Source: an uncultured Candidatus Entotheonella sp.
Lineage (GTDB): Bacteria; Tectomicrobia; Entotheonellia; Entotheonellales; Entotheonellaceae
DNA: 64,000 nt
Assembly: GCA_965217185.1 (NCBI GenBank)
Contig: OZ244252.1
Coordinates: 3,040,001-3,104,000 of the forward strand
Direction of reading: 5' to 3'
Each line of letters starts with the position of its first letter. Position 1 is the stretch's first letter. Position numbers and translations under genes: made by a program. Of this stretch, positions 20,936 through 29,721 are shown piece after piece. Under the pieces are notes generated by a model. The model saw only the letters and a program-made list of their open reading frames with translations. It had not been told where the DNA came from and did not search any database.

Positions 20936-21766
20936 TCAGAGCGGCCAATCCAGCCACTCGCAGATGGCGCGGCCCATCACCCATTCCAGGTCCTCGCCCT
21001 GCAGCCACGACAGGTGCTCGGTGAACAGGGTGATGCATTCGTAGTAGGTGCAGGGCATGCGGGTCAGATCGGTGCCCCAGAAGGTGCGCTGCGGGCCGAA
21101 GGCGTCGACGAGCGTGCGAATGTGCGGATGCAGGTCGCGGAACGGATAAGGCTCGGCGGACAGCGACGACATGCCGGACGCCTTGACCGCCACGTTGGGG
21201 TGCCGGGCGAGCTTGCAGACCTCGGGAAGATTGTCGAACACCTGCGGGCCGCCGCCGCTCTTCAGCCCAACGTGGTCGAGCACCAGTTTCAGCCCCGGAT
21301 GGGCAGCGGCGATGCGGTCAAGCTGGTCGAGGGCGTCCGGCATGATGACCATGAGCGGGATGCCGGCCTTTTCGACCGCCGGCCACAGCCAATCGGTGGA
21401 GCCGTCGGTGAGCAGGTGGCGGTAGTGCTCGTTGTGGAACGTGAAGCGCATGCCGAGCATGCCCGGCTGCTGTTTCCAGGCGGCGACCTTGCCCGGGCTG
21501 GCGGGGTCCTTGAGGTCCAGGCGGCCCATGACGGCAAAGCGGTCGGGATAACTTTGCGCCGCCTCCAGCGCCACGTCGTTGCGGTCGCCTTCCCACGACG
21601 GCGGCACGATCACCGCCCGCCGCACGCCCGCCAAGTCCATCTGGAACAGCATCGTTTCCTTGCTGATCGGATACGGCTTCTGCGCGTCCTGCGCCCGGCC
21701 CGCCGGCCACGGCCGGTCGGGCGATTCGGCCTGCCACATGTGTACTTGCGAATCGACGATGTTCAT
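20936..21766 (-). CDS. Amidohydrolase_2 family protein
   Basis: IVDSQVHMW, LVLDHVG, PNVAVKAS, FGPQRTFWGTD. Confidence 0.9.
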   Translation of the reverse strand: MNIVDSQVHMWQAESPDRPWPAGRAQDAQKPYPISKETMLFQMDLAGVRRAVIVPPSWEGDRNDVALEAAQSYPDRFAVMGRLDLKDPASPGKVAAWKQQPGMLGMRFTFHNEHYRHLLTDGSTDWLWPAVEKAGIPLMVIMPDALDQLDRIAAAHPGLKLVLDHVGLKSGGGPQVFDNLPEVCKLARHPNVAVKASGMSSLSAEPYPFRDLHPHIRTLVDAFGPQRTFWGTDLTRMPCTYYECITLFTEHLSWLQGEDLEWVMGRAICEWLDWPL

Positions 21767-21799
21767 GGATGCGATCCCTCCGAAGCGGCTGCCCGCCGG

Positions 21800-22300
21800 T
21801 CACACGGCCTGAAACTTCAGGCGCTTCACCGTGTCGATGTTGACGCCCTCGAGACGGATCAGGCGGGTCGGCCCGTCGCGGCGCGGGGAGTGCAGGTCGC
21901 CCTCGTTGTACACGAAGGCCATGCCGGGGGTGAGGGTATACGTCCTGGCCTTGCGGACCTTGCCAGGCTCCTCCTCGCTGGCCGCTTCCAGCAGCTCCCA
22001 GTCCGTCATCTCGGTCTCGCCAGCGGCTTGCCCGTAAATGGCCCACGTCGGGCCATGGTCATGCGGCGGGCTCTCTTTGGCGTCGTGATGCACGTGCGCC
22101 AGGATGCAAAAGCCGAGTTCAGCGTCTTCGTACAGAATTTTACGTTCCGGTACGTCGTCCCCCAAATGCGCCGCCACGAACGCGCCGTCCTGCAGCACCT
22201 CCTGCACCAGCGCGCAAACCCGCTCCCGTCCCGCCGTGCCGGGGTCGGCTTTCAGGATGTCGTGACACGAAGCGGCAAAGGCTTCCAGTGTATGCCCCAT
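21800..22300 (-). CDS. Cysteine dioxygenase-like cupin protein
   Basis: SPPHDHG..WAIYGQ..G..E...GDLHSP. Confidence 0.75.
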   Translation of the reverse strand: MGHTLEAFAASCHDILKADPGTAGRERVCALVQEVLQDGAFVAAHLGDDVPERKILYEDAELGFCILAHVHHDAKESPPHDHGPTWAIYGQAAGETEMTDWELLEAASEEEPGKVRKARTYTLTPGMAFVYNEGDLHSPRRDGPTRLIRLEGVNIDTVKRLKFQAV

Positions 22301-22476
22301 GATGTTGTCTCCTGTCTCGTCTGACTCATTCGTTCCTCACAAAGCGCCGGGCATTCTACCGCGCCCACCGCGCCACTTCAACGCGCCTTGGCCTCCTGCG
22401 TCGGGCCGCCATCAACTCCATCCCGCATTGCCGCACAATCAATCCTTGTAATTCTGTCAGATCCCGAGGTGGCCGA

Positions 22477-22863
22477 TTAGCGTATACAACGGACGTCGAT
22501 GTCCTGGAGGTCGAATTGTGTCCAAGCCCGGTCGGCGGTCAAAACCGTGCTAGCTTGCAAATACCCCGTGGCAAGACAGGCACGGTCCCCAAGGCTCAGA
22601 CCCCAGGGTTGAGTGGCTGGTCGGTAACGGCCGGTTAAAATTGCCGCATTGAGGTCAAACGGCAGGATCTGAACGGGCAGTTCCTGGAAAACGGCGTTGA
22701 CTTGAAACGTAGTCCAACCTTCCTGGTGCAGGCGTGACGCCACTTCTGCGGCATTGACAGCTGACATCTGGGCTCCTGAGTTCAGGGCATCGAGAACCAC
22801 ATCGGCGCCAGGTTCCTTAAGAACAACTGCAAGTAGAGCGGAGGCGTCCAAGATAAACGGCAT
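22477..22863 (-). CDS. vapC: PIN-domain toxin
   Basis: ILDASALLA..EPG..MSAVNAAEV..LSLGDRACLA..VLTADRAW. Confidence 0.92.
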   Translation of the reverse strand: MPFILDASALLAVVLKEPGADVVLDALNSGAQMSAVNAAEVASRLHQEGWTTFQVNAVFQELPVQILPFDLNAAILTGRYRPATQPWGLSLGDRACLATGYLQASTVLTADRAWTQFDLQDIDVRCIR

Positions 22864-22867
22864 TGCT

Positions 22868-23173
22868 TCATTCCTTCGCCGCTTCGGCTCGACGTTCGGT
22901 GATGAAGTCGTCAACAACGCTCTCGCTTGACTTATCCCTGCTTCGGGCAATTGCCCATATGCGTTCAAGTCCGGCTTCAACTGTCTGCAGCCTGATAAAA
23001 CCCTCAACGAGTGATATGTGGAGCATTTGTCCTTGCGTGATTCCGAGAGCTCTACGAATTGGCGCCGGCACGACCACGCGCCCTGACTGGTCGATGCGCA
23101 CACCTTGGCTGAAAGTATGCTTGGCGTGGAATGGATCTTGCGGCTTCTTCATTGGTTTCTCCAACTGTTTCAT
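22868..23173 (-). CDS. AbrB/MazE-family antitoxin
   Basis: RIDQSGRVVVPAPIRRALGI..G; directly upstream of vapC; start uncertain. Confidence 0.85.
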   Translation of the reverse strand: MKQLEKPMKKPQDPFHAKHTFSQGVRIDQSGRVVVPAPIRRALGITQGQMLHISLVEGFIRLQTVEAGLERIWAIARSRDKSSESVVDDFITERRAEAAKE

Positions 23174-23392
23174 GTGCAAATCCTATCCGAGTGATTTGGT
23201 TCATCACGAAACTATTTGATATATACCACAAATAAATTTTTACCTATTTTCCTGAAAAGGGTGAGAATAAGAAATTGGGACGTGGAATCGCGACAGTGAA
23301 CCTTTACAGAAAAGGGGTGTGATAGGATACGCGGCGGTTGTTGGAGAACGGCCCGAAGGCAGGCACAACACGGTTTGGAGGAGCGCTGGATA

Positions 23393-24160
23393 ATGGCGGG
23401 ACGAGTGGAAGGCAAGGTGGCATTGGTGACGGGCGGCAGTTCGGGGATTGGCCGAGCGACGGCACTGGTGTTTGCCCGCGAGGGGGCGAAGCTGGTGGTC
23501 GCGGACATGGATGAGGACGGCGGCCAGCAAACGGTGCATAGCATCACGGAGCAGGGCGGTGAGGCGGCGTTCGTGCGAGCGGATATGACGGTCGCCACGG
23601 AGGTGGAGGCGCTGATCAGCCAGGCCGTGGCGACATACGGGCGGCTGGATTGTGCGTACAACAACGCCGGCGTGACGCAGCGCGCCTATCCACCCACGGA
23701 CGAATACCCGCTGGATGACTGGCACCGGGTGCTGGCGGTCAATCTGACGGGCGTCTGGCTGTGCCTGAAGTACGAGTTGGCGCAGATGCGGAAGCAGGGC
23801 AGCGGTGCCATTGTCAACACGGCGTCGATTGCCGGATTGGTCGGCATCGCCGGGCGCTCGGCCTATGTGGCCAGCAAGCACGGCGTGGTCGGAATTACCA
23901 AATCGGCGGCTCTGGAATACGGCAGCCAGGGGATTCGCGTCAACGCGGTGTGTCCGGGGTACGTGCGCACGCCGATGGTGGATTACGTGTTGCGGCACGA
24001 GGGGCCGGAGCTGGAGAGGCAGATGCTGGCACGCGAGCCGATCGGGCGCTTGGGGCGGCCCGAGGAGATCGCCGAAACGGTGGTGTGGTTGTGTTCGGAC
24101 GCGGCGTCGTTCATCACGGGACACGCGATGGCGGCGGACGGCGGGTTTATGGCGCAGTAG
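23393..24160 (+). CDS. Short-chain dehydrogenase/reductase
   Basis: TGGSSGIG, NNAG, YVASK, IRVNAVCPG. Confidence 0.95.
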   Translation: MAGRVEGKVALVTGGSSGIGRATALVFAREGAKLVVADMDEDGGQQTVHSITEQGGEAAFVRADMTVATEVEALISQAVATYGRLDCAYNNAGVTQRAYPPTDEYPLDDWHRVLAVNLTGVWLCLKYELAQMRKQGSGAIVNTASIAGLVGIAGRSAYVASKHGVVGITKSAALEYGSQGIRVNAVCPGYVRTPMVDYVLRHEGPELERQMLAREPIGRLGRPEEIAETVVWLCSDAASFITGHAMAADGGFMAQ

Positions 24161-24169
24161 GGCGAGGCG

Positions 24170-25522
24170 ATGGCGATGCAAGGTTGGTTTGGTGTTCGGC
24201 GTAGGTTGTTGCTGCTGGCGTTCGGTGTCGTGGTCGCAGCCGCGGCGCTGGGGGGCTTTGCGTTATATGAGGGCGGTGACCCGCCAACAGAACCGCATTT
24301 CGCCATCGTTCACACGCCTCGGGGTTTATTGTACAAGGCGACCACGGCTCGCTTTGAGGCGGAGTTGCTACAGGCCGAAGCGGCGAGCCGCGCAACCGCG
24401 GCGGAGGCGTTCGCTTCGGCGAAGGAGCAGGCCAGAGCATACCGGTACAGAGCTGCGGAGAAAGAGCTCCGGTGGTCGTTGGAAGCGTACGAGACGCTTT
24501 CCGCCCACCTCAATGCCGGCTTGGTGTCGCTCAACCTGGGCGAGCTTGCGGCGGCCGAGGCGCATTTCCGCACCGGGCTGGAACGGATCGAGGAGCGCGG
24601 CGGCCGCGACTTCGTGACGGCCCTTCAACTGGGCCTGGGCGTTGTGTATCGGGAGCAGGGCCGCGTCGCTGAGGCGCTGGCCGCACACCGCGCAGCCCTG
24701 GATGTCGCCAAGCAAGAGCGAGATCTTCTGGCTGAGGCCGCCGCCCTCGGGCACGTCGGCAATCTGCAGGCGGCGCGGGGCGAAATGGACGAGGCCCTTG
24801 CCGCGCACGAGCGGGCGCTGGAAATCTGCAAACAACTGGATCACGCGGTGGGGCAGGCCGTCGCCTTGGGGAATCTGGGTCACGTGCACGCCGAGCAGGG
24901 ACTTCCAGACGCGGCGCTGGATTGGCACCGACAGGCGTATCAGCTTGCCGAACAGCGGCTTGGGAGCATCGGGCAGGCATTCGCTTTGACGGACATCGGC
25001 AACGTGTACCGGATGCGCGGGCAGATTAGCGACGCGCTGATATCGCTGGGGAGGGCGTTGCGATCTCATGCCGAGCTTGGCAACACGGGCGATCGGGCAG
25101 CAGTCATGGACGACATCGGCGACGTGTATTTCCGGCAGGGGCAGTTGGACAGGGCGCTGGCGGCGTACGAGGGGTCGTTCAAACTGTACACGCGGATCAG
25201 ACACGCGGTCGGACAGGCCGCGGCGCTCAGCCACGTCGGCAACGTGTACGAGCGGCAGCGGCAGTTGGACAAGGCGCTGGCCGCCCACGAACGAGCGCTT
25301 GAGCTGGATACGGACAGCGGGCACGCCGCCGGCCGGGCGCGAGACCTCGGCAACATCGGCAACGTCTACGGGCGGCAAGGACGGATGGCGGAGGCGCTGG
25401 ATCGGCTGCGCACAGCCGAGGCGATCTTTCGGCGGGTCAGGCCGCAAGGCCAGGGTGCGCAGGACGTGGCGCGGACGATCAAGCGGCTGGTGGAGCCGCT
25501 TGATTTGTCGCAGATTGAATAA
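24170..25522 (+). CDS. Membrane-anchored tetratricopeptide repeat protein
   Basis: N-terminal hydrophobic helix; repeated A..L.N(L/I)G.VY...G..D.AL..H.RAL units. Confidence 0.88.
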   Translation: MAMQGWFGVRRRLLLLAFGVVVAAAALGGFALYEGGDPPTEPHFAIVHTPRGLLYKATTARFEAELLQAEAASRATAAEAFASAKEQARAYRYRAAEKELRWSLEAYETLSAHLNAGLVSLNLGELAAAEAHFRTGLERIEERGGRDFVTALQLGLGVVYREQGRVAEALAAHRAALDVAKQERDLLAEAAALGHVGNLQAARGEMDEALAAHERALEICKQLDHAVGQAVALGNLGHVHAEQGLPDAALDWHRQAYQLAEQRLGSIGQAFALTDIGNVYRMRGQISDALISLGRALRSHAELGNTGDRAAVMDDIGDVYFRQGQLDRALAAYEGSFKLYTRIRHAVGQAAALSHVGNVYERQRQLDKALAAHERALELDTDSGHAAGRARDLGNIGNVYGRQGRMAEALDRLRTAEAIFRRVRPQGQGAQDVARTIKRLVEPLDLSQIE

Positions 25523-25542
25523 CGATGCCTTCTGCTGGTGGT

Positions 25543-28500
25543 CTACCAACGCATCGCGAATCGCAGGTTGACGGCGTGCTCGGTTGCCGCATCACCGTCG
25601 CTTTCGCGCCGCATACCCTCGATGCCGAACCGCATGTCCGCGTCGGACAGCCGCGCAGAACTGATCCGGTAACCTACCCGGTAGTCGCGTCCGCTTTCCA
25701 GCACTCCGGCGCCGGCCCAAGGCGCGCCCGTAAACCGACCGCCCAGAATGGGGAACCCGTAGGCGGCTTCAGCGGCGAGCCGGCCGCCGCGCGAGGCATC
25801 GCGTGCCGCCAGTTCCGCCAGGGTCTCGCGCCCCAGCAACGCATCCGTGCCGGCCAATGAGGCCAAGCCGATGGATGACCTGAGGGACGCCGACAGGCCG
25901 CGATCTGAGGATGGGTGCGGATCGAAGCTCACCAGCCCCGAGATGCTCCAGTCGCGGAACCCAGCCACTTGGTGCGCCACCAGGCTACGCGCTTCGAGTT
26001 CCACGGATAGCCCCCGCGCCGGAACCGACCAGATGAGACCGCCGCCAACCTCCACGCCCAAGCCGGTTTCCGCGTCGCCGCCGTCGTGGCGCAGGCCGAG
26101 TTCGAACCTCGGCGTCAGCATGGTACCGTTCTTCAGGACTGCCGCGTAGGAACTTTCCAGGCCCAACCGCAGGCGGGTGACATCCGCATCCGCCGCCAAG
26201 AGACCAGCCGTCGCGTCCGATGTCGTGTGCACCCAGAATGCGTCCGTCTCCAACGCCACCGTCAACCCGTTCGCCGCGGCCGCCAGCACGCTCCGCGAAC
26301 CGATTGCTGCCATCGTGAGGCCGATATCGGTTTCCATCGCGGCATCACCTGCCGCCGTCAGCGTCAATACGCCTCGGCCAAAACCGCCCATGGCCCACAG
26401 CCGGACACGGTCGCTGAGCGTGTAGCCGACATAGGGATGCAGGCTCGTCAAGGTGCTATCCACGTTACCCCCTGCAGCCTCGACCTGACCGAACGAGCCC
26501 TTGCCCTCGCTGTAAGCCAGTGCCACACCGGTGAGCCAGCGACGCCAGGCGCCGTCCACCCCCAGGGTGGCGGTGGTCACCGTGCCGTCGAGCGACAACC
26601 TGTCCGCCCCGCCGTCAAAACCGCTGGTCGCCACCCGGCCCCACGCCGTCAGACGCGGGTACGGAGTTGACTCCTCCTCGTTGGAGACCAGGTGGAAGGC
26701 GCTGCCCATCAACAACTGGCGAACGGTCATGTCCTGGCCGATGGTTTGGGCCAGTTCAGATTCGTGCCGCCGGTACCGATCCGGAGCCAGGTGGGCAGCC
26801 AGCTTGCTGGTATCCAGGTCGGCAGCACCGCCAAGCCGGTGGCCGCCAAGCTGCACGTAGGAGCCTGGCGACGTATCGAGGCGCGCCTCCAGAGCGTCAA
26901 CCAGATGGCTGGCGACCGTGCGGCCAAAGCGCGCCATCCACGCCTTGGGCAAGGGATCGCTGTTGACGATCGTCCCCGTCGCCGTGCCATCCTCAATGCG
27001 TGCTTCCAATGGGTTGGAGAGCGTTAGCGTCAGCGTCTCGCCACCGTCGTCGTGCGAATCGTCGAGCACCCTTACCCTGATCTCCCTGGTCAGCTCGCCC
27101 GCATAGAAGGTGAGCGTGCCGCTCGTTGGCGTGTAGTCTGCTCCGGCCTTCGCGGTGCCGTCGCTGGTGGCGTAGTCTACGCGCGTTTCAGACTCCCTAG
27201 CCCGGCTCAGGGTGACTCGGAAAACAAGAGTTTTGCCCTCGCCCGTCGCCGCGTCCGCCACCGACAATTGGGCCGCCTCGCCGGTCAGGCAGCGCACGCC
27301 CACGTCTTCCAAGTGTTCAAGGGAGCAGTTGTGCTGTCCCAGCGCAGTGCCCTCGATCTGCCACGCCCGCGGGCAGTCGATCAGATCCGACTCGTCGCCG
27401 TCACAGAGCAGATTATCCAGCCAGATGGGAACGCCTTCGTCGGCCGCCCCGAAGTGCGACTGCAGAAAGCGTCCGCCATTCTTCACGGTACCCTGTTCGT
27501 AGCCGAGCTGACGGCACGCGATATCCGCCTCATCGTCCGTCCAGTAGTCGTCGCAGATGGTGCCCCACTGGTCGTCGACGTACATTTCCAGGCGCCCCTC
27601 GTTCGGCGTGGCGCCGTTCACCAGCCGCAGGTCGCCGTCGATATAGGCGCCGGGCGCCGACGCTGCGGCCTGTCTGACGGTGATCTGCACGTCGAGGGCG
27701 GAGCCGCTGCATCCCGTCGGATCACCCTCGCCGCCGATCCAATACGGGTCCTGGGCGTTATGGATGCGCACCGTGTAGTCATTGTTGCCGCCGAAGTTGT
27801 AGTCCGGTGCCGCAAAGCGGATGCTCACCTGCCCCGAAGTTCCCGTCGTATCGGTTTCGTTCGTCACCAGTGTCGCCAAGTTGCTGTTCGTCATTGCGTT
27901 CGCCAACACGGCGACATTATCCGATTCGATCTCGCAGCGGATGGGTGGGTTCAACATACGGTTGCCCAGCCGCCAGTTTTTAGTGCCGGCATGCACCGCC
28001 TGCCAGGAAAACGAAAAGGTTGTCGTGCTGCCCTCGACGGCCTCGACGCTTGTCGTCCACCGCTGATTTCCCATGAAGGTGGCGTTCTGGAATTGGGGCG
28101 ACGGGTCGTACACGGCATCAATGGCCAAGGTACCATCCACAATCGTATCGGTACCGGCAAGATAGACAGCTGCCAGCATTTGCGAAGACCCGCCCCCGCT
28201 ATTGGGGCCGTAGAACGCCGTGTAGACGTCGGGCGCCACGTTGTGGGGCGCGATTTTGACTTGGCTGTGGCTGAGAAACGTAACGTCCAGAAGCGCGTCT
28301 GAAGCATTGACGATACCAACACCCCGCCTTGCGACCCTGAGTTCGTAGTCCTCGCCGGGCGTACCGCCGGAAAACGTCAGGATATCCCCGTTGCCGTAGC
28401 CGTGAGGAAACAGAACGTGACCGCTGGCAGGCGGCACCGCGCACGTCAGCAATGCAAGAACCAACCCCTGAGCCCAAATGAATCGCAGGCACGTCGCCAG

Positions 28501-28560
28501 GCTGGGAAGCCAACAAGGAACCGGGGAGCGATGCGGGTGTTGCGGTTGGTCAAAGGACAT
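25543..28560 (-). CDS. Autotransporter-like surface protein with SRCR and Calx-beta domains
   Basis: Signal ..ASG-H; GDLRLVNG..EGRLE..WGTICDDYW..CRQLG..IWLDNLLC..HNC..EDVGVRC; VDYATSDGTAKAGADY; AWMARFGRTV linker; barrel ending in W. Confidence 0.85.
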   Translation of the reverse strand: MSFDQPQHPHRSPVPCWLPSLATCLRFIWAQGLVLALLTCAVPPASGHVLFPHGYGNGDILTFSGGTPGEDYELRVARRGVGIVNASDALLDVTFLSHSQVKIAPHNVAPDVYTAFYGPNSGGGSSQMLAAVYLAGTDTIVDGTLAIDAVYDPSPQFQNATFMGNQRWTTSVEAVEGSTTTFSFSWQAVHAGTKNWRLGNRMLNPPIRCEIESDNVAVLANAMTNSNLATLVTNETDTTGTSGQVSIRFAAPDYNFGGNNDYTVRIHNAQDPYWIGGEGDPTGCSGSALDVQITVRQAAASAPGAYIDGDLRLVNGATPNEGRLEMYVDDQWGTICDDYWTDDEADIACRQLGYEQGTVKNGGRFLQSHFGAADEGVPIWLDNLLCDGDESDLIDCPRAWQIEGTALGQHNCSLEHLEDVGVRCLTGEAAQLSVADAATGEGKTLVFRVTLSRARESETRVDYATSDGTAKAGADYTPTSGTLTFYAGELTREIRVRVLDDSHDDGGETLTLTLSNPLEARIEDGTATGTIVNSDPLPKAWMARFGRTVASHLVDALEARLDTSPGSYVQLGGHRLGGAADLDTSKLAAHLAPDRYRRHESELAQTIGQDMTVRQLLMGSAFHLVSNEEESTPYPRLTAWGRVATSGFDGGADRLSLDGTVTTATLGVDGAWRRWLTGVALAYSEGKGSFGQVEAAGGNVDSTLTSLHPYVGYTLSDRVRLWAMGGFGRGVLTLTAAGDAAMETDIGLTMAAIGSRSVLAAAANGLTVALETDAFWVHTTSDATAGLLAADADVTRLRLGLESSYAAVLKNGTMLTPRFELGLRHDGGDAETGLGVEVGGGLIWSVPARGLSVELEARSLVAHQVAGFRDWSISGLVSFDPHPSSDRGLSASLRSSIGLASLAGTDALLGRETLAELAARDASRGGRLAAEAAYGFPILGGRFTGAPWAGAGVLESGRDYRVGYRISSARLSDADMRFGIEGMRRESDGDAATEHAVNLRFAMRW

Positions 28561-28713
28561 TTCCCTTCTCCTCTACATGGGCATGCCTGGCGTGCCGGCG
28601 CGTATCAGGCCGTTGGAGCCACACCGGCTGCCGCTCAACAGGGTCGGATCGCTTGAACCCGACCTGCCTCACGCTTGACCGGTGCGGTGCCGGCTCTCAC
28701 TGTCATCCTCCTG

Positions 28714-28730
28714 AGCATAAACTGTGCCAG
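28714..28730 (-). promoter_or_regulatory. Putative sigma-54 promoter for the autotransporter
   Basis: Minus strand CTGGCACAGTTTATGCT = GG-N10-GC, about 150 bp upstream of ATG 28560. Confidence 0.5.
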
Positions 28731-29009
28731 GTCCTTTGCGGACGCATAAGTCCTTTATACAAAGGGTCTTAGGGGATGGATGGAGAGGATGGGGAAATTC
28801 CGTAATGTTGCAGAATGAAACGGTTCAAAGGCTCTGAAGGACAGAGGTGAGCGGCTGGCGTTCTGAGGGTGTAGTGGCTGCTGGCACAGGTTGCGGGAAA
28901 GTCGGAGGGCGTGGCGATTTGCAACACTGTTGCGTCTTACGACAGGAGTCTTCGATCTGAATGACGTGATGTTACGCATTTGGCAACTTGTCAACCCATC
29001 TTGAGGTGT

Positions 29010-29221
29010 GGTAGTGGCTCACTTTCAAATTTCCTTCTCACACCAACGCTTCCCCCTCTCCCTAGCCCTCCCCCACGGAGGGGGGAGGGGACCCGGACTG
29101 GGGGTCTCCCCCTCTCCCCTGGTGGGAGAGGGTCGGGGTGAGGGGGAAACCGGCGCCGGACGACCGAACGTGCAACCCGTCTGGAACACGTGAGCCAGTC
29201 TTTTCAAGCTGAGCCACCAGC
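29010..29221. mobile_element. MITE with GGTAGTGGCTCA terminal inverted repeats, copy 1
   Basis: Near-identical to 36081..36291; internal CCCTCTCCC..GGGAGAGGG hairpins. Confidence 0.85.
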
Positions 29222-29524
29222 CTCCCATATGGGATGTATTTCGTTTTTCATTTTCATGTATAGTGCGCCTCCGGCGTGTGGGCAATCGGCGCCCCTGGTC
29301 ACGGCAACGACGTGATCAGAGATTCTGCCGGCGGGGAAGACCGCATCCATCTCACAAACGGAGGAGCACAGCGTGCCCGACAGGATCAGCTCGACAGGTA
29401 GTGTGACGGCAGGAAGTTCGGCGACGGGCGAGATCGAAACCGCCAACGGCTTTGCACGTGAAGAGGAGAGGGCCATGCAAGCACGGCGCCTCAGCGGCGT
29501 GCTCGGCAGGCCCTGCGCCGCCCT

Positions 29525-29567
29525 CGTCAAAAAGGGCTTGACATCCCCGGAATGCGGTTTTCATCTT
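29525..29567 (+). promoter_or_regulatory. Putative sigma-70-type promoter shared by both giant genes
   Basis: CGTCAAAAAGGGC-TTGACA-N18-CATCTT; homologous copy at 37058..37098 (TTGACT-N16-CATCTT). Confidence 0.55.
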
Positions 29568-29570
29568 GAG

Positions 29571-29710
29571 AGCCGAGCCGAGCCGAGCCGAGCCGAGCCG
29601 AGCCGAGCCGAGCCGAGCCGAGCCGAGCCGAGCCGAGCCGAGCCGAGCCGAGCCGAGCCGAGCCGAGCCGAGCCGAGCCGAGCCGAGCCGAGCCGAGCCG
29701 AGCCGAGCCG
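29571..29710. repeat. Perfect pentanucleotide tandem repeat (AGCCG)28
   Basis: 140 bp counted directly; ends 11 nt before ATG 29722. Confidence 0.97.
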
Positions 29711-29721
29711 GAGCCGAGGCC

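Noticed and set aside
29571..29710. CRISPR array, or real SRAEP/LGSAR repeat proteins
   Set aside because: No spacers, just a pure pentamer tract; the overlapping ORFs are translations of the repeat
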